DNA of 64,000 nucleotides from an uncultured cyanobacterium (GCA_963740315.1 CAVUDP010000003.1:288001-352000); one strand, 5' to 3'. Positions 39,700-50,521 are shown, numbered from the stretch's first letter. Program-made: numbers and translations. Notes: generated by a model not told the origin, from the letters alone.

Positions 39700-41070
39700 A
39701 TGAAAATGTTTCTCCCACAAAACTTACGTGCTTATTGGAAGCAACTGACAACTAGTTCAATCAACAAAAAGATTTTTGCAGCAGCCCTTACGGTTGGCTT
39801 GGGAACGGGGTTAGTTAAAATCGCGGCTGTGGGAAAAGAATTAGTAGTAGCTTGGAGTTTTGGTACAGGTGATGCTGTAGATGCCTTTTTAATAGCTTTA
39901 ATAGTACCTTTTTTTATTATTAATGTGGTAGCGAGTTCTTTTGATGCTGCATTAATTCCAACTTATATTCGAGTTAGAGAAACAGATGGTACAGCTTCGG
40001 CTCAAAAACTGTTCTCTAACGTTACAATTTGGAGTTTGGGACTATTAGGAAGTACAACGATATTAATGGTAGTTACAGCCCCACTGTATCTACCTTTGAT
40101 TGCATCTGGTTTTAGTACCCAAAAGTTAGAACTGACATATAAGTTGCTATATGCACTTGCGCCTGTAGTCTTACTTAATAGTATTACCACTATTTGGAGT
40201 GCAGTCTTGAATGCCATAGAGCGTTTTGCACTAGCAGCTATTGTTCCAATTTTAACTCCAGCTATTACTATTCTCCTACTATTAATATTTCATGATTGGG
40301 GAATATTTGCCTTGGCAGGAGGATTAGCAGGTGGGGCATTTTTAGAACTAATCTTGTTGGGATTTGCATTAAATCGGCAAGGTATTTCATTGTTGCCAAA
40401 ATGGCATGGTTTCGACAATCACTTGCGTCAAGTGACTTCTCAATATGTTCCAATGATTGCAGGATCTTGTTTAATTAATACTACAGGTCTTATAGACCAA
40501 TCAATGGCAGCAATGTTATCTCCTGGTAGCGTTGCTGCGCTCAATTATGGTAATAGGATAATTGCATTTGTACTTGGTTTAACTACGACAGCGTTAAGTA
40601 CTGCTGTGATTCCGTATTTTTCTAAGATGGTTGCTAATAGTAATTGGCAAGATATTAATCATACCCTTAAGCGGTATCTTTATTTAATTATTATTTGTAC
40701 AGTTCCTTTAACAATCTGTTTATATTTCTTTTCTGAACATATTACTCAAATAATTTTTCAAAGAGGAGAATTTGGTTTTCAAGATACTATTGTGGTGAGT
40801 GATATTCAGAAATTTTACGCATTACAGATTCCTTTTTACATTGCCAATATTTTAGTAGTAAGGATGATATCTGCTTTACAAGCAAATCAAATATTAATGT
40901 GGGTATCAGCTGTTAACTTGAGTGCGAATATAGTTTTTAATCTTGTATTAAGTAAATTTTTAGGAATATCGGGTATTGCCTTATCTACAAGTGGTATGTA
41001 TATTGTTTGTTTATGTATGACATATTTTTCGCTTTTATATCTGTTAAAAAAACGCCAATTATTGAATTAG
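39700..41070 (+). CDS. MurJ/MviN-like (MOP superfamily) polysaccharide flippase
   Basis: Many TMs; FGTGDAVDAF, SVAALNYGNRI, IFQRGEF, GIALSTS. Confidence 0.88.
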   Translation: MKMFLPQNLRAYWKQLTTSSINKKIFAAALTVGLGTGLVKIAAVGKELVVAWSFGTGDAVDAFLIALIVPFFIINVVASSFDAALIPTYIRVRETDGTASAQKLFSNVTIWSLGLLGSTTILMVVTAPLYLPLIASGFSTQKLELTYKLLYALAPVVLLNSITTIWSAVLNAIERFALAAIVPILTPAITILLLLIFHDWGIFALAGGLAGGAFLELILLGFALNRQGISLLPKWHGFDNHLRQVTSQYVPMIAGSCLINTTGLIDQSMAAMLSPGSVAALNYGNRIIAFVLGLTTTALSTAVIPYFSKMVANSNWQDINHTLKRYLYLIIICTVPLTICLYFFSEHITQIIFQRGEFGFQDTIVVSDIQKFYALQIPFYIANILVVRMISALQANQILMWVSAVNLSANIVFNLVLSKFLGISGIALSTSGMYIVCLCMTYFSLLYLLKKRQLLN

Positions 41071-41080
41071 AGGATTAAAA

Positions 41081-42202
41081 ATGCGGGTAAGTTTTGTCAC
41101 TACTTCTTTATCATGTGGAGGAGCAGAGCGAGCAGTTGTTTTGTTAGCAGAAGGTTTTATTCAGAAAGGGATAAAAGTAGACGTAATTACATTAGCAGGG
41201 AAAGATGATGATTTTTATACATTATCTAATGATGTAAATAGAGTTGCGTTAGATATTACTGGCAAATCACCTACTCCAGTTCATGCTATTGGAAATAACT
41301 TATATCGTCTTAGGATTTTGAGAAAAACAATTTGTTCGCTAAAACCTGATTTAGTTATATCAGTACTCTATACGGCGAACATATTAACACTATTATCTTT
41401 AAGTCAAACAAAATTTATAGTGATTGCTAACGAGCAAAATAATCCTACTGCCAGTCTGAATAATTTATGGAAAGTATTACAGCGATTTACTTATCCTAAA
41501 GCATCTAAAGTTGTTAGTATTAGCAAAGGGGTTAATGCTTACTTTGACTGGTTACCAACAAAAAAAAAGTCAGTTATATATAACCCATTAACATCTATTA
41601 ATGATGACAAAAACATAGTTAACTTACCATTAAATATCGACCCAAATAAAAAGTGGATTGTCGCTATGGGTAGATTGGTTGAGCAAAAAAATTTTAATAT
41701 GCTACTATCAGCATTTCATAAAATTGCAGATAAATACCCAGATTGGCAATTGTTAATAATTGGAGAAGGAGAACTTCGTTGTCAATTAGAAGAATTAAGA
41801 GACAAACTAGGATTAACCAACCAAGTGTTCTTTCCTGGACGTATAAATAATCCTTTTCCCATATTAAAAGAATCAGAATTGTTTGTGCTTTCTTCTCGTT
41901 ATGAAGGTTTAGCAATGGTTTTATTAGAAGCGATGGCTTGCGGGCTACCAATTATTTCTACTGATTGTCCTAGTGGACTATCAGAGATAATTCGTGATGG
42001 AATTGATGGAATTTTAGTTCCTAATGAAGATCTGTCTGCATTAACTACAGCTATGGATCGGCTGATGTCTAATGAGGAACAACGAAAACGTCTGGCTATC
42101 CGTGCGCCGGAAGTAAAGCAACGCTTTGGTTTAGAGAAAATAGTAGCGCAATGGGAAGCATTAATTAACGAGTTAGTTCAAGAAAAAAATCATTATGTGT
42201 GA
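41081..42202 (+). CDS. Glycosyltransferase family 4
   Basis: GGAERA; MGRLVEQKNF; SSRYEGLAMVLLEAMACG. Confidence 0.92.
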   Translation: MRVSFVTTSLSCGGAERAVVLLAEGFIQKGIKVDVITLAGKDDDFYTLSNDVNRVALDITGKSPTPVHAIGNNLYRLRILRKTICSLKPDLVISVLYTANILTLLSLSQTKFIVIANEQNNPTASLNNLWKVLQRFTYPKASKVVSISKGVNAYFDWLPTKKKSVIYNPLTSINDDKNIVNLPLNIDPNKKWIVAMGRLVEQKNFNMLLSAFHKIADKYPDWQLLIIGEGELRCQLEELRDKLGLTNQVFFPGRINNPFPILKESELFVLSSRYEGLAMVLLEAMACGLPIISTDCPSGLSEIIRDGIDGILVPNEDLSALTTAMDRLMSNEEQRKRLAIRAPEVKQRFGLEKIVAQWEALINELVQEKNHYV

Positions 42203-42320
42203 ATACAATCAAAACAGCCAATACCCACATACTGTTTTTGCTCCTACTTATAACCACGCTCATACACTCGATCGAGTTTATGAAAGCTTAGAAGCACAAA
42301 CATACAGAGATGAAATATAA
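42195..42320 (+). pseudogene. Truncated N-terminus of a family 2 glycosyltransferase (41 aa)
   Basis: TVFAPTYNHAHTLDRVYESLEAQTYRD resembles the GT2 start motif; overlaps the preceding stop and ends abruptly. Confidence 0.65.
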
Positions 42321-42386
42321 ATATAGCAAATAGTTGATACAGGTATTAGGAATAATTAAAAATAAAAAAATTGGATTAAAAAATAA

Positions 42387-43544
42387 ATGTTAACAAAAGT
42401 AGTTTTTTTAATACGAGACTTGAATTATGCTGGCGCTCAAAGGCAATTAGTAACTTTAGCTAAAGGACTTGATAAACAATATTTTGATGTTACAGTCTTA
42501 TATTTTTATGCGGGTGGTCCCCTTGCCAAAGAGTTGGAAATTAATGGAATTAAAGCAATCTGCTTAGACAAGAAAGAACGTTGGGATGTGATACCTTTCT
42601 TTAAACGTTTGGTAGGATATCTTAGAGAAATAAAGCCTAAAGTTTTACATGGATACCTGGGGGAATCAAATCTGCTCTGTATTTTTTTGAAACCCTTTTT
42701 TCCTAAAACTCGGATGATTTGGGGAATACGTGAATCTGATACGGACCCAAGCCTTTATGGATGGTTGGGACGTTTGTTAAGCTATTTAGAATGTAAATTA
42801 GCTCGCTTTGCCGATCTAATCATTTCTAACTCTTATGCAGGAAAATCTTATCACCAAAAGTTGGGATTTCCCGAACAAAAGATGATAGTTATTCCTAACG
42901 GTATAAATATAGAACGTTTTGTACCATTAGCAGAAGCAGGTAAAAAAGTCAGAAAAGAGTGGGAGATTCCAGAGGATATAATTTTAATTGGTAAGGTCGG
43001 TAGATTAGACCCGATGAAAGACCATCCCACGTTTTTAAAAGCAGCTGCATTAATATGCGAAACAAGACGCGATGTACGTTTTGTATGCGTTGGAACCGGA
43101 CCTCAAATATATGCACTTCAATTGCACCAACTCGCAGATAAATTAGACATTAAAGATAAAGTAATATGGTCAAAGACAAGAGGAGATATGACCTCCGTAT
43201 TTAATTCTTTTGATATTGCTACCTCAGCTTCTGCTTATGGAGAAGGATTTGGCAATGTAATTGGAGAAGCAATGGCTTGTAGCGTACCTTGTGTAGTCAC
43301 AGATGTTGGAGATTCAAAGATGATTGTTGGGGATACAGGAATAGTTGTACCTCCTAAAAACCCTCAAGCTTTAGCTAATGCATGGTTAAAAACTTTGGAA
43401 AACAGTAAGAAAAGTTCCTTAGCGATCGCGGGGGAGTACGGTAGCAAAGTTACAAATGCTAGAGAACGTATTCAGAAAAACTTTAGCAATCAAATTCTGT
43501 ATGAAAAAACTGCAATGGTACTAAAAACAGTTATACAGGAATAA
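42387..43544 (+). CDS. Glycosyltransferase family 4
   Basis: AGAQRQL; GRLDPMKDH; GEGFGNVIGEAMAC. Confidence 0.92.
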   Translation: MLTKVVFLIRDLNYAGAQRQLVTLAKGLDKQYFDVTVLYFYAGGPLAKELEINGIKAICLDKKERWDVIPFFKRLVGYLREIKPKVLHGYLGESNLLCIFLKPFFPKTRMIWGIRESDTDPSLYGWLGRLLSYLECKLARFADLIISNSYAGKSYHQKLGFPEQKMIVIPNGINIERFVPLAEAGKKVRKEWEIPEDIILIGKVGRLDPMKDHPTFLKAAALICETRRDVRFVCVGTGPQIYALQLHQLADKLDIKDKVIWSKTRGDMTSVFNSFDIATSASAYGEGFGNVIGEAMACSVPCVVTDVGDSKMIVGDTGIVVPPKNPQALANAWLKTLENSKKSSLAIAGEYGSKVTNARERIQKNFSNQILYEKTAMVLKTVIQE

Positions 43545-43550
43545 TTATAT

Positions 43551-44921
43551 ATGCTAGAAACGATTTATTTATGCTTGCTGGTACTAATATTATTTATAGA
43601 GTTCAAAAGGAAGAAAAATACTCCTATAGATTTTCTGACTCTTTTCAATATTGGATATATATTATGGTATCCATTTTCAGCTTTTCTTACAGCTTTGAAT
43701 AGAGAATATCTCTCAGGTCACTGGATAATAAATTTGAATTATTATACAAATAATGTACAAACTGCATTAGCAATATTCTTAGGCTATTTTCTTGTAGTTG
43801 CTGGTTTTTATTCTTCCTCTGCTCAAAAATTAGGTAAAAAAATAATTATCAAGTCCCGCAGCGATACGAGTATCTTCATATATGCCTTATCATTACTTTT
43901 ATTTGTATATATATCTATTCTGATATTTAGTGCGCCATTAGGTGGTGTGTCTAATGCAATTTCTAAAGGTTTAGAAGTTCGCTCGGGTACAGTTAATACT
44001 GGTAGTTTCGGTTTTTTTCAACGTTTTTTTTCTGGGGCTAGCTTAGCTTCATATTTATTAGCAGCTTTTGTATTTACAAAAAAGGATAGAAAAGGGAAAA
44101 TACCAAAGATAGTTGTATTCTTTACTTCAGTAATTGTAGCTGTTCTATCTTTTATGTTAAGAGCAGGAAGAACAAATGTAATTTTTTATGCTTTAGGCTT
44201 TTATCAAATCTATACAATAAAAAATAAAAAAATTCCTATTTTTACAAGCAGCTTGTGCTTGATCTTGGCTGGATTATTCTTATTTTTTGGGAAAAATGTA
44301 TTTTTTAGTTTGTCAGCACTTCCGCAAGGAATTGATGCTGTTGTAGCGACTTATCATAGGTCTGTTGAAGGAGGTTCGGCAAGTGAGGGATTAAATTTAT
44401 TTAGCCTCATGGATAGCTTCAATTATACAGTTTTTTCCTTAGATATGGCTTTACATCAAGTTTACGAATTACGATTATTTAGTGATTTATATTATGGATT
44501 TATTTCTATATTTCCCAATCGCTTACTTGGAACAGAAGAGGTAAATACAGTATTGCATTACAACAGCGTATTTTTAACAGGGGGTTCTGAAGTTAACATT
44601 CCAACTGGTTTTCTTGCTTTTGGTATATATAGTATGTCTTGGCCTGGATTAATAATAGTTTGTTTAGTTTATGGTTGGGTAGGTGGCTATTTACAATCTT
44701 TATTAGAAAAGCATTTGAATGATGTATTTTGGATGCCGTTTTTCTATCCTTTAGTTGCTCAAACATGGGTCATAGCACAGAGCGCAGACCCAGAAACATT
44801 TTTTCAAAGTAATTTTATATTATTAATTTCTAGTTGGATTCTGCTTTCATTAGGAGCAAAAATATATTTTTTAAACAGGTCTTTGAAAAATAAAAATCTT
44901 CCTACAAATATGATGCGATAG
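43551..44921 (+). CDS. wzy: Putative Wzy polysaccharide polymerase
   Basis: AT-rich multi-TM protein among glycosyltransferases; RAGRT motif and a periplasmic loop. Confidence 0.7.
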   Translation: MLETIYLCLLVLILFIEFKRKKNTPIDFLTLFNIGYILWYPFSAFLTALNREYLSGHWIINLNYYTNNVQTALAIFLGYFLVVAGFYSSSAQKLGKKIIIKSRSDTSIFIYALSLLLFVYISILIFSAPLGGVSNAISKGLEVRSGTVNTGSFGFFQRFFSGASLASYLLAAFVFTKKDRKGKIPKIVVFFTSVIVAVLSFMLRAGRTNVIFYALGFYQIYTIKNKKIPIFTSSLCLILAGLFLFFGKNVFFSLSALPQGIDAVVATYHRSVEGGSASEGLNLFSLMDSFNYTVFSLDMALHQVYELRLFSDLYYGFISIFPNRLLGTEEVNTVLHYNSVFLTGGSEVNIPTGFLAFGIYSMSWPGLIIVCLVYGWVGGYLQSLLEKHLNDVFWMPFFYPLVAQTWVIAQSADPETFFQSNFILLISSWILLSLGAKIYFLNRSLKNKNLPTNMMR

Positions 44922-45008
44922 TAATAATGACATTATGTATGATAGCTTTCGCAATAATTTTAAGTTGTGATGTCAAAACATAAAAAAACACAAATATAGG
45001 AACTAAAG

Positions 45009-46193
45009 ATGAATTCTACTAACAGTTTTGTATTAGCCTTTATGACCACCGGACTTTATACAGGTGGTGCAGAAAGAATGCTTTACAATTTACTATCTAA
45101 AATAGATAGACAGCGTTTTAAACCAGTAGTTATTTCTTTGATGGATCGGGGTAGTTGGGGTACGCGGATTGATGCTTTGGATATACCTATCTACACAATC
45201 GGGATGAAAGAAGGTAAGCCACCGACACCAGGAATAATTTCTCGTTTGATTAGTACCGTGCGCCAAATTCAACCGGACTTGATACAAGGATGGATGTATC
45301 ATGGCAATCTAGCAGCCCAATTTGTTCAAATATTTAGTGCAAGAAAAATTCCTATTTTATGGAATATTCAGCATTCAATGTATTCATTGGAATATGAAAA
45401 ACTCATGTCTAGATTAGTGATTCACTCAGGAGCAAAGTTTTCTCATTCTCCTAGCAGTATTATTTATGTTTCTGAGACTGGTAAATCTCAACATGAAAAA
45501 ATTGGTTATTGGAGCAATAACGGCTGTGTGATTCCAAATGCAACCGATAGTTCTTTATTTGCACCTTCACAGCAAGCTAAAAAAGATGTTCGTTCGGAAT
45601 TGGGTTTAACTGAAGATGATTTATTAATTGGACAGTTTGCTCGGTTTCATCCGATGAAAGACCATGCAAATTTTCTTAATGCTGCTAGATTGTTATTAGA
45701 AAATATAGCAGAAAATGTACATTTTGTTTTAGCAGGAACAGAAGTAAATAGAGATAATCAGATTTTGCTGGAATTAATCCAAAAATTAGAATTATCTCAC
45801 AAAGTCCACCTGTTAGGAGAACGCAGCGATATGCCTCGTTTAACTGCTGCTTTAGATATTATGACTGTAGCTTCTGCGTATGGAGAGGCTTTTCCTTTAG
45901 TTTTAGGAGAAGCAATGTCTTGTGCAGTACCTTGTGTAGTTACAGATGTAGGTGATTCAGGCTGGATTGTTGGTAATACAGGTAGAGTTGTACCTCCCCG
46001 AAATTCAGAAGCATTAGCTAATGCTTGGCAAGAATTAATCGAACTTGGAAAACAAGGTAGGAACATTTTAGGACAAGCAACACGAAACAGAAATACTGAG
46101 TTGTTTTCTCTGGACTCGATTGTCGCTCGCTACGAAGAAGAGTACAAAAATGTGCTGTCAAAGCAGTTACAAAAACAACCTGCATTAATCTAA
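45009..46193 (+). CDS. Glycosyltransferase family 4
   Basis: GGAERML; QGWMYHGN; ARFHPMKDH; GEAFPLVLGEAMSC. Confidence 0.92.
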   Translation: MNSTNSFVLAFMTTGLYTGGAERMLYNLLSKIDRQRFKPVVISLMDRGSWGTRIDALDIPIYTIGMKEGKPPTPGIISRLISTVRQIQPDLIQGWMYHGNLAAQFVQIFSARKIPILWNIQHSMYSLEYEKLMSRLVIHSGAKFSHSPSSIIYVSETGKSQHEKIGYWSNNGCVIPNATDSSLFAPSQQAKKDVRSELGLTEDDLLIGQFARFHPMKDHANFLNAARLLLENIAENVHFVLAGTEVNRDNQILLELIQKLELSHKVHLLGERSDMPRLTAALDIMTVASAYGEAFPLVLGEAMSCAVPCVVTDVGDSGWIVGNTGRVVPPRNSEALANAWQELIELGKQGRNILGQATRNRNTELFSLDSIVARYEEEYKNVLSKQLQKQPALI

Positions 46194-46241
46194 CTGTAAG
46201 AACTTTATAAGCAATATGTGTGGCGATAAGATTCGCATTTT

Positions 46242-47420
46242 ATGAAAAATCTTTTAATCATCACCACTATCCCAGATACTCTCACAGCTTTTCTACTTCC
46301 CTTTGCGCGTCATTTCCGCGCTCGAGGTTGGCAAGTTGATGCAATGGCTTGTGGAATTTCTACTTGCGGCGAATGTTTTGAAGAATTTAACCGCATTTGG
46401 GAGGTACAATGGTCGCGCAATCCTTTAAATCCTCAAAACTTGCTCGCGGCACCCCGTCAAATCCAAGCAGCTATGCAGCAAGGGGAATACGACATAGTTC
46501 ACGTTCATACTCCAGTAGCTGCGTTTGTTACCCGTTACGCTCTGAAAAACTATAGAAAACAGGGAAAAATTAAGGTCATCTATACCGCTCACGGTTTTCA
46601 CTTCCATAGTGGTGGAAGTACTTTCAAAAATACTGCTTTTCTAGGTTTGGAAAAGCTCGCAGGCAATTGGACTGATTATTTAATTACTATTAATCGTGAG
46701 GATGAGCAAGCTGCAAACGATCGTCAGTTGATTTCTCTGGAAAAAATTCGCTATATGCCTGGAATCGGCGTAGATTTAGATTATTACAGTTATAATACTA
46801 CCTTGGAAGCTGAAGTTGAAGAAGTACGCGGGGAGTTGGGTTTAGGTGCGGATACAAAACTTTTACTATCAGTAGCTGAATTTATTCCGCGCAAGCATCC
46901 ACAAGATATTTTAAGAGCATTTGCGAGTATAAATCGTTCCGATACTTGTTTGGCTTTTGCTGGAGATGGGGATTTATTGTCAGAAATGCAGCAGTTAGCA
47001 AATCAACTAGGGATACAAGAAAATGTACGCTTCCTCGGACACCGCAATGATATTCCAACTTTGATGAGAGCGGCTTTTGCTACTATCCTTGCTTCCGAAC
47101 AAGAAGGGCTACCTCGAAGTGTTATGGAATCTTTGTCTTTAGAAACTCCCGTCATTGGTAGCGATATTCGTGGAACTAGGGATCTAGTAACATCGGAGTG
47201 TGGAATTCTTTTCCCTGTTGGAAATATAGAAAAACTCGCTCACGCAATCAAATATTTGCTTAATCATCCTCAAACTGCTTCTATGATGGGAAAACAAGGA
47301 CGAAAGCGCATGGCTAACTTCGACCTGCATCACATTATTAAGCTTCACGAAACTTTATACTTAGAAGCTTTATCCCCAAAACCCAAGCTAATTAACCAGT
47401 ATTCAACACAAAGCCCTTGA
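46242..47420 (+). CDS. Glycosyltransferase family 4 (EpsD/CapM-like)
   Basis: HVHTPVAAF; YTAHGFHF; SEQEGLPRSVMES. Confidence 0.92.
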   Translation: MKNLLIITTIPDTLTAFLLPFARHFRARGWQVDAMACGISTCGECFEEFNRIWEVQWSRNPLNPQNLLAAPRQIQAAMQQGEYDIVHVHTPVAAFVTRYALKNYRKQGKIKVIYTAHGFHFHSGGSTFKNTAFLGLEKLAGNWTDYLITINREDEQAANDRQLISLEKIRYMPGIGVDLDYYSYNTTLEAEVEEVRGELGLGADTKLLLSVAEFIPRKHPQDILRAFASINRSDTCLAFAGDGDLLSEMQQLANQLGIQENVRFLGHRNDIPTLMRAAFATILASEQEGLPRSVMESLSLETPVIGSDIRGTRDLVTSECGILFPVGNIEKLAHAIKYLLNHPQTASMMGKQGRKRMANFDLHHIIKLHETLYLEALSPKPKLINQYSTQSP

Positions 47421-47439
47421 TAATAAATCTGACGAGAGA

Positions 47440-47459
47440 AAATTACTGCCAAATTGGCA
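47440..47459. promoter_or_regulatory. Candidate operator AAATTACTGCCAAATTGGCA upstream of the sugar-transferase sub-operon
   Basis: Second copy of the palindrome at 35292-35311. Confidence 0.5.
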
Positions 47460-47760
47460 ACAAAATTTAATTAATTTTGGTTATGTTTATTATGGATTGA
47501 AGATTTAAAATTCAATCAAAATTACGCTATCGTTCATTTTTAGTAGCAAAATCAAAGTAAAAAAGAATACTTAACTTAAATGGAAAGCCAATAGGATTAA
47601 GTTGCTTTCCTTAGTTTTAAGTACTTGTTATCTTTGAAAACTGCCCAATATTTAGTGAAGTAGAAATATATATTTACATGACTGTTTAATGTTTAGGAAT
47701 GAACATTTCACAGTTAATTTCTGCAAATTTTTTTTAATTAGAAAAATGAGGGATGTATCA

Positions 47761-48432
47761 ATGATTGCTCAAGAGTTACAGGGTGAGCGTAGTAAAAATA
47801 GTCGCCTCATCAAATCTTTATTAGATAGAGTTTTTGCCGCGATCGCCCTATTAATGTTTTCTCCTCTGATATTAATAGTGGCGATCGCAATTTATTTTCG
47901 TATGGGTAGTCCGTTGATTTTCAGTCAGCCTCGTCCCGGTAAGGATGGAAAGATTTTTCTATTCTACAAGTTTCGTACCATGACGGACGAGCGCGATGCA
48001 GAGGGTAATTTATTAGATGACGAACAGCGTCTGACGGCTTTTGGTGAATTTCTACGAGAAAGCAGTTTAGATGAAATTCCACAGTTGTGGAACATCCTTA
48101 GAGGAGATATGAGTATGGTGGGTCCGCGTCCTTTATTAGTAAGATATTTGGAACGGTACAGCCCTCAACAAGCGCGTCGTCATGAAGTCAAACCGGGTAT
48201 CACGGGATTAGCGCAAGTAAAAGGTCGCAATGCAATTACCTGGGAAGAAAAATTTCAACTGGACGTTTGGTATATCGATAATTGGAGTTTATGGCTTGAC
48301 CTGAAAATTCTTGTGATGACATTTGTTAAAGTGTTGCGAAAAGAGGGTATCGATGAAGAAGGACAGGTTTCATCGTCAGAATTCATAGGAAAAATTCAAC
48401 AGAAACAAAAGGTTATGGAGCAAATCAGATGA
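47761..48432 (+). CDS. Initiating undecaprenyl-phosphate sugar-1-phosphate transferase (PglC/EpsL-like)
   Basis: FYKFRTM, SLDEIPQLWN, GDMSMVGPRP, KPGITGLAQV; ATG at 47761 with GAGG upstream. Confidence 0.92.
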   Translation: MIAQELQGERSKNSRLIKSLLDRVFAAIALLMFSPLILIVAIAIYFRMGSPLIFSQPRPGKDGKIFLFYKFRTMTDERDAEGNLLDDEQRLTAFGEFLRESSLDEIPQLWNILRGDMSMVGPRPLLVRYLERYSPQQARRHEVKPGITGLAQVKGRNAITWEEKFQLDVWYIDNWSLWLDLKILVMTFVKVLRKEGIDEEGQVSSSEFIGKIQQKQKVMEQIR

Positions 48433-49310
48433 ACCGGATTTTAAGCCTGCATCTAACATCTGAACAGTTAAAGCTTTTACCAACAGATGAAGATGTTGCA
48501 TTTTATGAAGAGCATGGCTGGTATATCTCAAAAAAAGTTATCCCTGAAGAACTAATTGATGAAGCTATCGAAGCTTGTTTCAGATTCTATCAAGGAGAAA
48601 AAGATGCCACTCTTCCTACCGATACGGGTTATAGCAACTGGAAACCCGGTGATGGTGATGACATGCGTAACAATGAATTTACCACATTACAGCATAAGTT
48701 ACTGAGAAAGTTTGCACTCCAGCCGATTATCGGAGCCATTGCAGCTAGGCTTACCAGAAGCAAAAGCATTCGGATTTTTGAAGATCAACTCGTTTACAAA
48801 GCACCTCACTCGGATAATGAGAAAGGGGTAGTTGGTTGGCATACCGATCGCGCTTACTGTTCTAATTCTACTTCGTCCAAGTTACTTGCAGCCTGGATAC
48901 CTTTTCATGATTCCGATGCAGATAGAGCGCCGTTAGTCGTTATAGATGGTAGTAACAATTGGTCTGGTAACGACCATTTACGATGCTTCAACCAGCCAAA
49001 TCTTCAAGAGACAGCAAAGAAATTTACTCGACAAGGGCGAGAAATCATCGAAGTGCCCATGATAATGAAGAAAGGTCAAATGAGTTTTCATAACACTTGG
49101 ACGATTCATGGAAGTTATCCCAATCGTAGCGATGATTACCGCCTAGCAATGGCTGTACATATGCAGGATTTGGAAAATCGTTATCAGCCTTTTTGGAATG
49201 CCCAAGGAAAACAGATTCATCACTATCTAGATAGCCTGTGCCGAAAATTACCAAATGGTAATCCAGATTATAGCGACCCGGCAATATTTTCAACAATATG
49301 GTCTGAATAA
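48429..49310 (+). CDS. Phytanoyl-CoA dioxygenase (PhyH) family Fe(II)/2OG oxygenase
   Basis: FYEEHGW; WHTD and TIHGS (HxD...H triad); ATGA overlap with the upstream gene. Confidence 0.88.
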   Translation: MNRILSLHLTSEQLKLLPTDEDVAFYEEHGWYISKKVIPEELIDEAIEACFRFYQGEKDATLPTDTGYSNWKPGDGDDMRNNEFTTLQHKLLRKFALQPIIGAIAARLTRSKSIRIFEDQLVYKAPHSDNEKGVVGWHTDRAYCSNSTSSKLLAAWIPFHDSDADRAPLVVIDGSNNWSGNDHLRCFNQPNLQETAKKFTRQGREIIEVPMIMKKGQMSFHNTWTIHGSYPNRSDDYRLAMAVHMQDLENRYQPFWNAQGKQIHHYLDSLCRKLPNGNPDYSDPAIFSTIWSE

Positions 49311-49429
49311 AAAATTACTTTCCGCTTGAGCTAAAAGGGAACGCAAACGATAGAAAGTGAAGGTAATTCCTATTTATATTTCCCGTTCCCTATTCCCTTT
49401 TTATAAAAAAATCACCTTGAGTAATAACA

Positions 49430-50521
49430 ATGAATACCCAAATAATCGATTTATCTAATCCCTTATGGACGGAAACTTTAAATCAAGTTAAACACGATGT
49501 TTATCAATTACCGAATTATATATCTTTAGAAGCTAGTCGGAATAAACAAATACCGGAAGCCATTTTAATTAGCGACGGAGATAAGATATTCTTTGCACCT
49601 TATCTAATATCAAGGTGCGATAATGTAGTTGATTCGGGATTAGTTTCGGAAGAAATATTTGATGTTAAATCTCCCTACGGTTATCCGGGAATTTTAATCA
49701 GTGAAGCAGCAGCAAATACACCCGGTTTCCCCGATGCAGCAATGGCTGAATTTAAACGGATATTAGCTAGTAAAGGAGTGTGTTCGGCGTTTTTTAGAAT
49801 GCATCCCATACTCAATGAAAACTTTAACGAGATTTTTGAGCCAGGATTATTTACGGAAAATGGAGAAACTGTTTCCGTCGATTTAAGAATTCCGGAATCT
49901 CAATTATGGTCGCATACAAGAAAAGGACATAAAAGTACAATCAATAAGTGCAAACGTTTGGGAATGGAAGCAAAATTCGTTCCTATTGACGAATATTTAG
50001 ATGAGTTTACTGCTATCTATCAAGAAACAATGGGAAGGGTAGAAGCAGCAGATAGATATTATTCCTTTGATTTTACATACTACGAAGAGATGCGAACAGC
50101 TTTAGGTGATAAACTGCATCTTTGTATTGTTGAATATGAAAACGAAGTAGCTTGTGCAGGATTATACACGGAAGTCTGCGGTATAGTGCAAAGCACATTA
50201 GGTGGAACCAAAGATAAATTCGTCGATCTATCTCCAAGCAGTTTAGAAACAGATTGCGCTCGATATTGGGCGCATCAACGCGGAAATCAATTCCTGCATT
50301 TGGGTGGGGGAGTTGGTGGCTCAAAAGACCCAGTTTATAACTTTAAAGCCGGGTTTTCCAAGTTGAGACATAGCTTTTATACCCTTAGACTGATAGTCGA
50401 TGAGCAGAAATATCGCTATCTTGTGGAAATGAAAGCAAAATCATTAAATGTTTCTGTAGAAGACTTGCTTAACTCTAGGTTTTTCCCTGCATATCGCTCT
50501 CCCCAAGCACCATTAAAATGA
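49430..50521 (+). CDS. FemAB-like/GNAT acyl- or aminoacyl-transferase
   Basis: SPYGYPG, FFRMHP, LHLGGG...YNFKAGF motifs. Confidence 0.85.
   Translation: MNTQIIDLSNPLWTETLNQVKHDVYQLPNYISLEASRNKQIPEAILISDGDKIFFAPYLISRCDNVVDSGLVSEEIFDVKSPYGYPGILISEAAANTPGFPDAAMAEFKRILASKGVCSAFFRMHPILNENFNEIFEPGLFTENGETVSVDLRIPESQLWSHTRKGHKSTINKCKRLGMEAKFVPIDEYLDEFTAIYQETMGRVEAADRYYSFDFTYYEEMRTALGDKLHLCIVEYENEVACAGLYTEVCGIVQSTLGGTKDKFVDLSPSSLETDCARYWAHQRGNQFLHLGGGVGGSKDPVYNFKAGFSKLRHSFYTLRLIVDEQKYRYLVEMKAKSLNVSVEDLLNSRFFPAYRSPQAPLK

Noticed and set aside
46216..46245. ATG TGT GGC (MCG...) as a relic of an asparagine-synthetase-like amidotransferase, common in EPS clusters
   Set aside because: Only three codons match, which is indistinguishable from chance.
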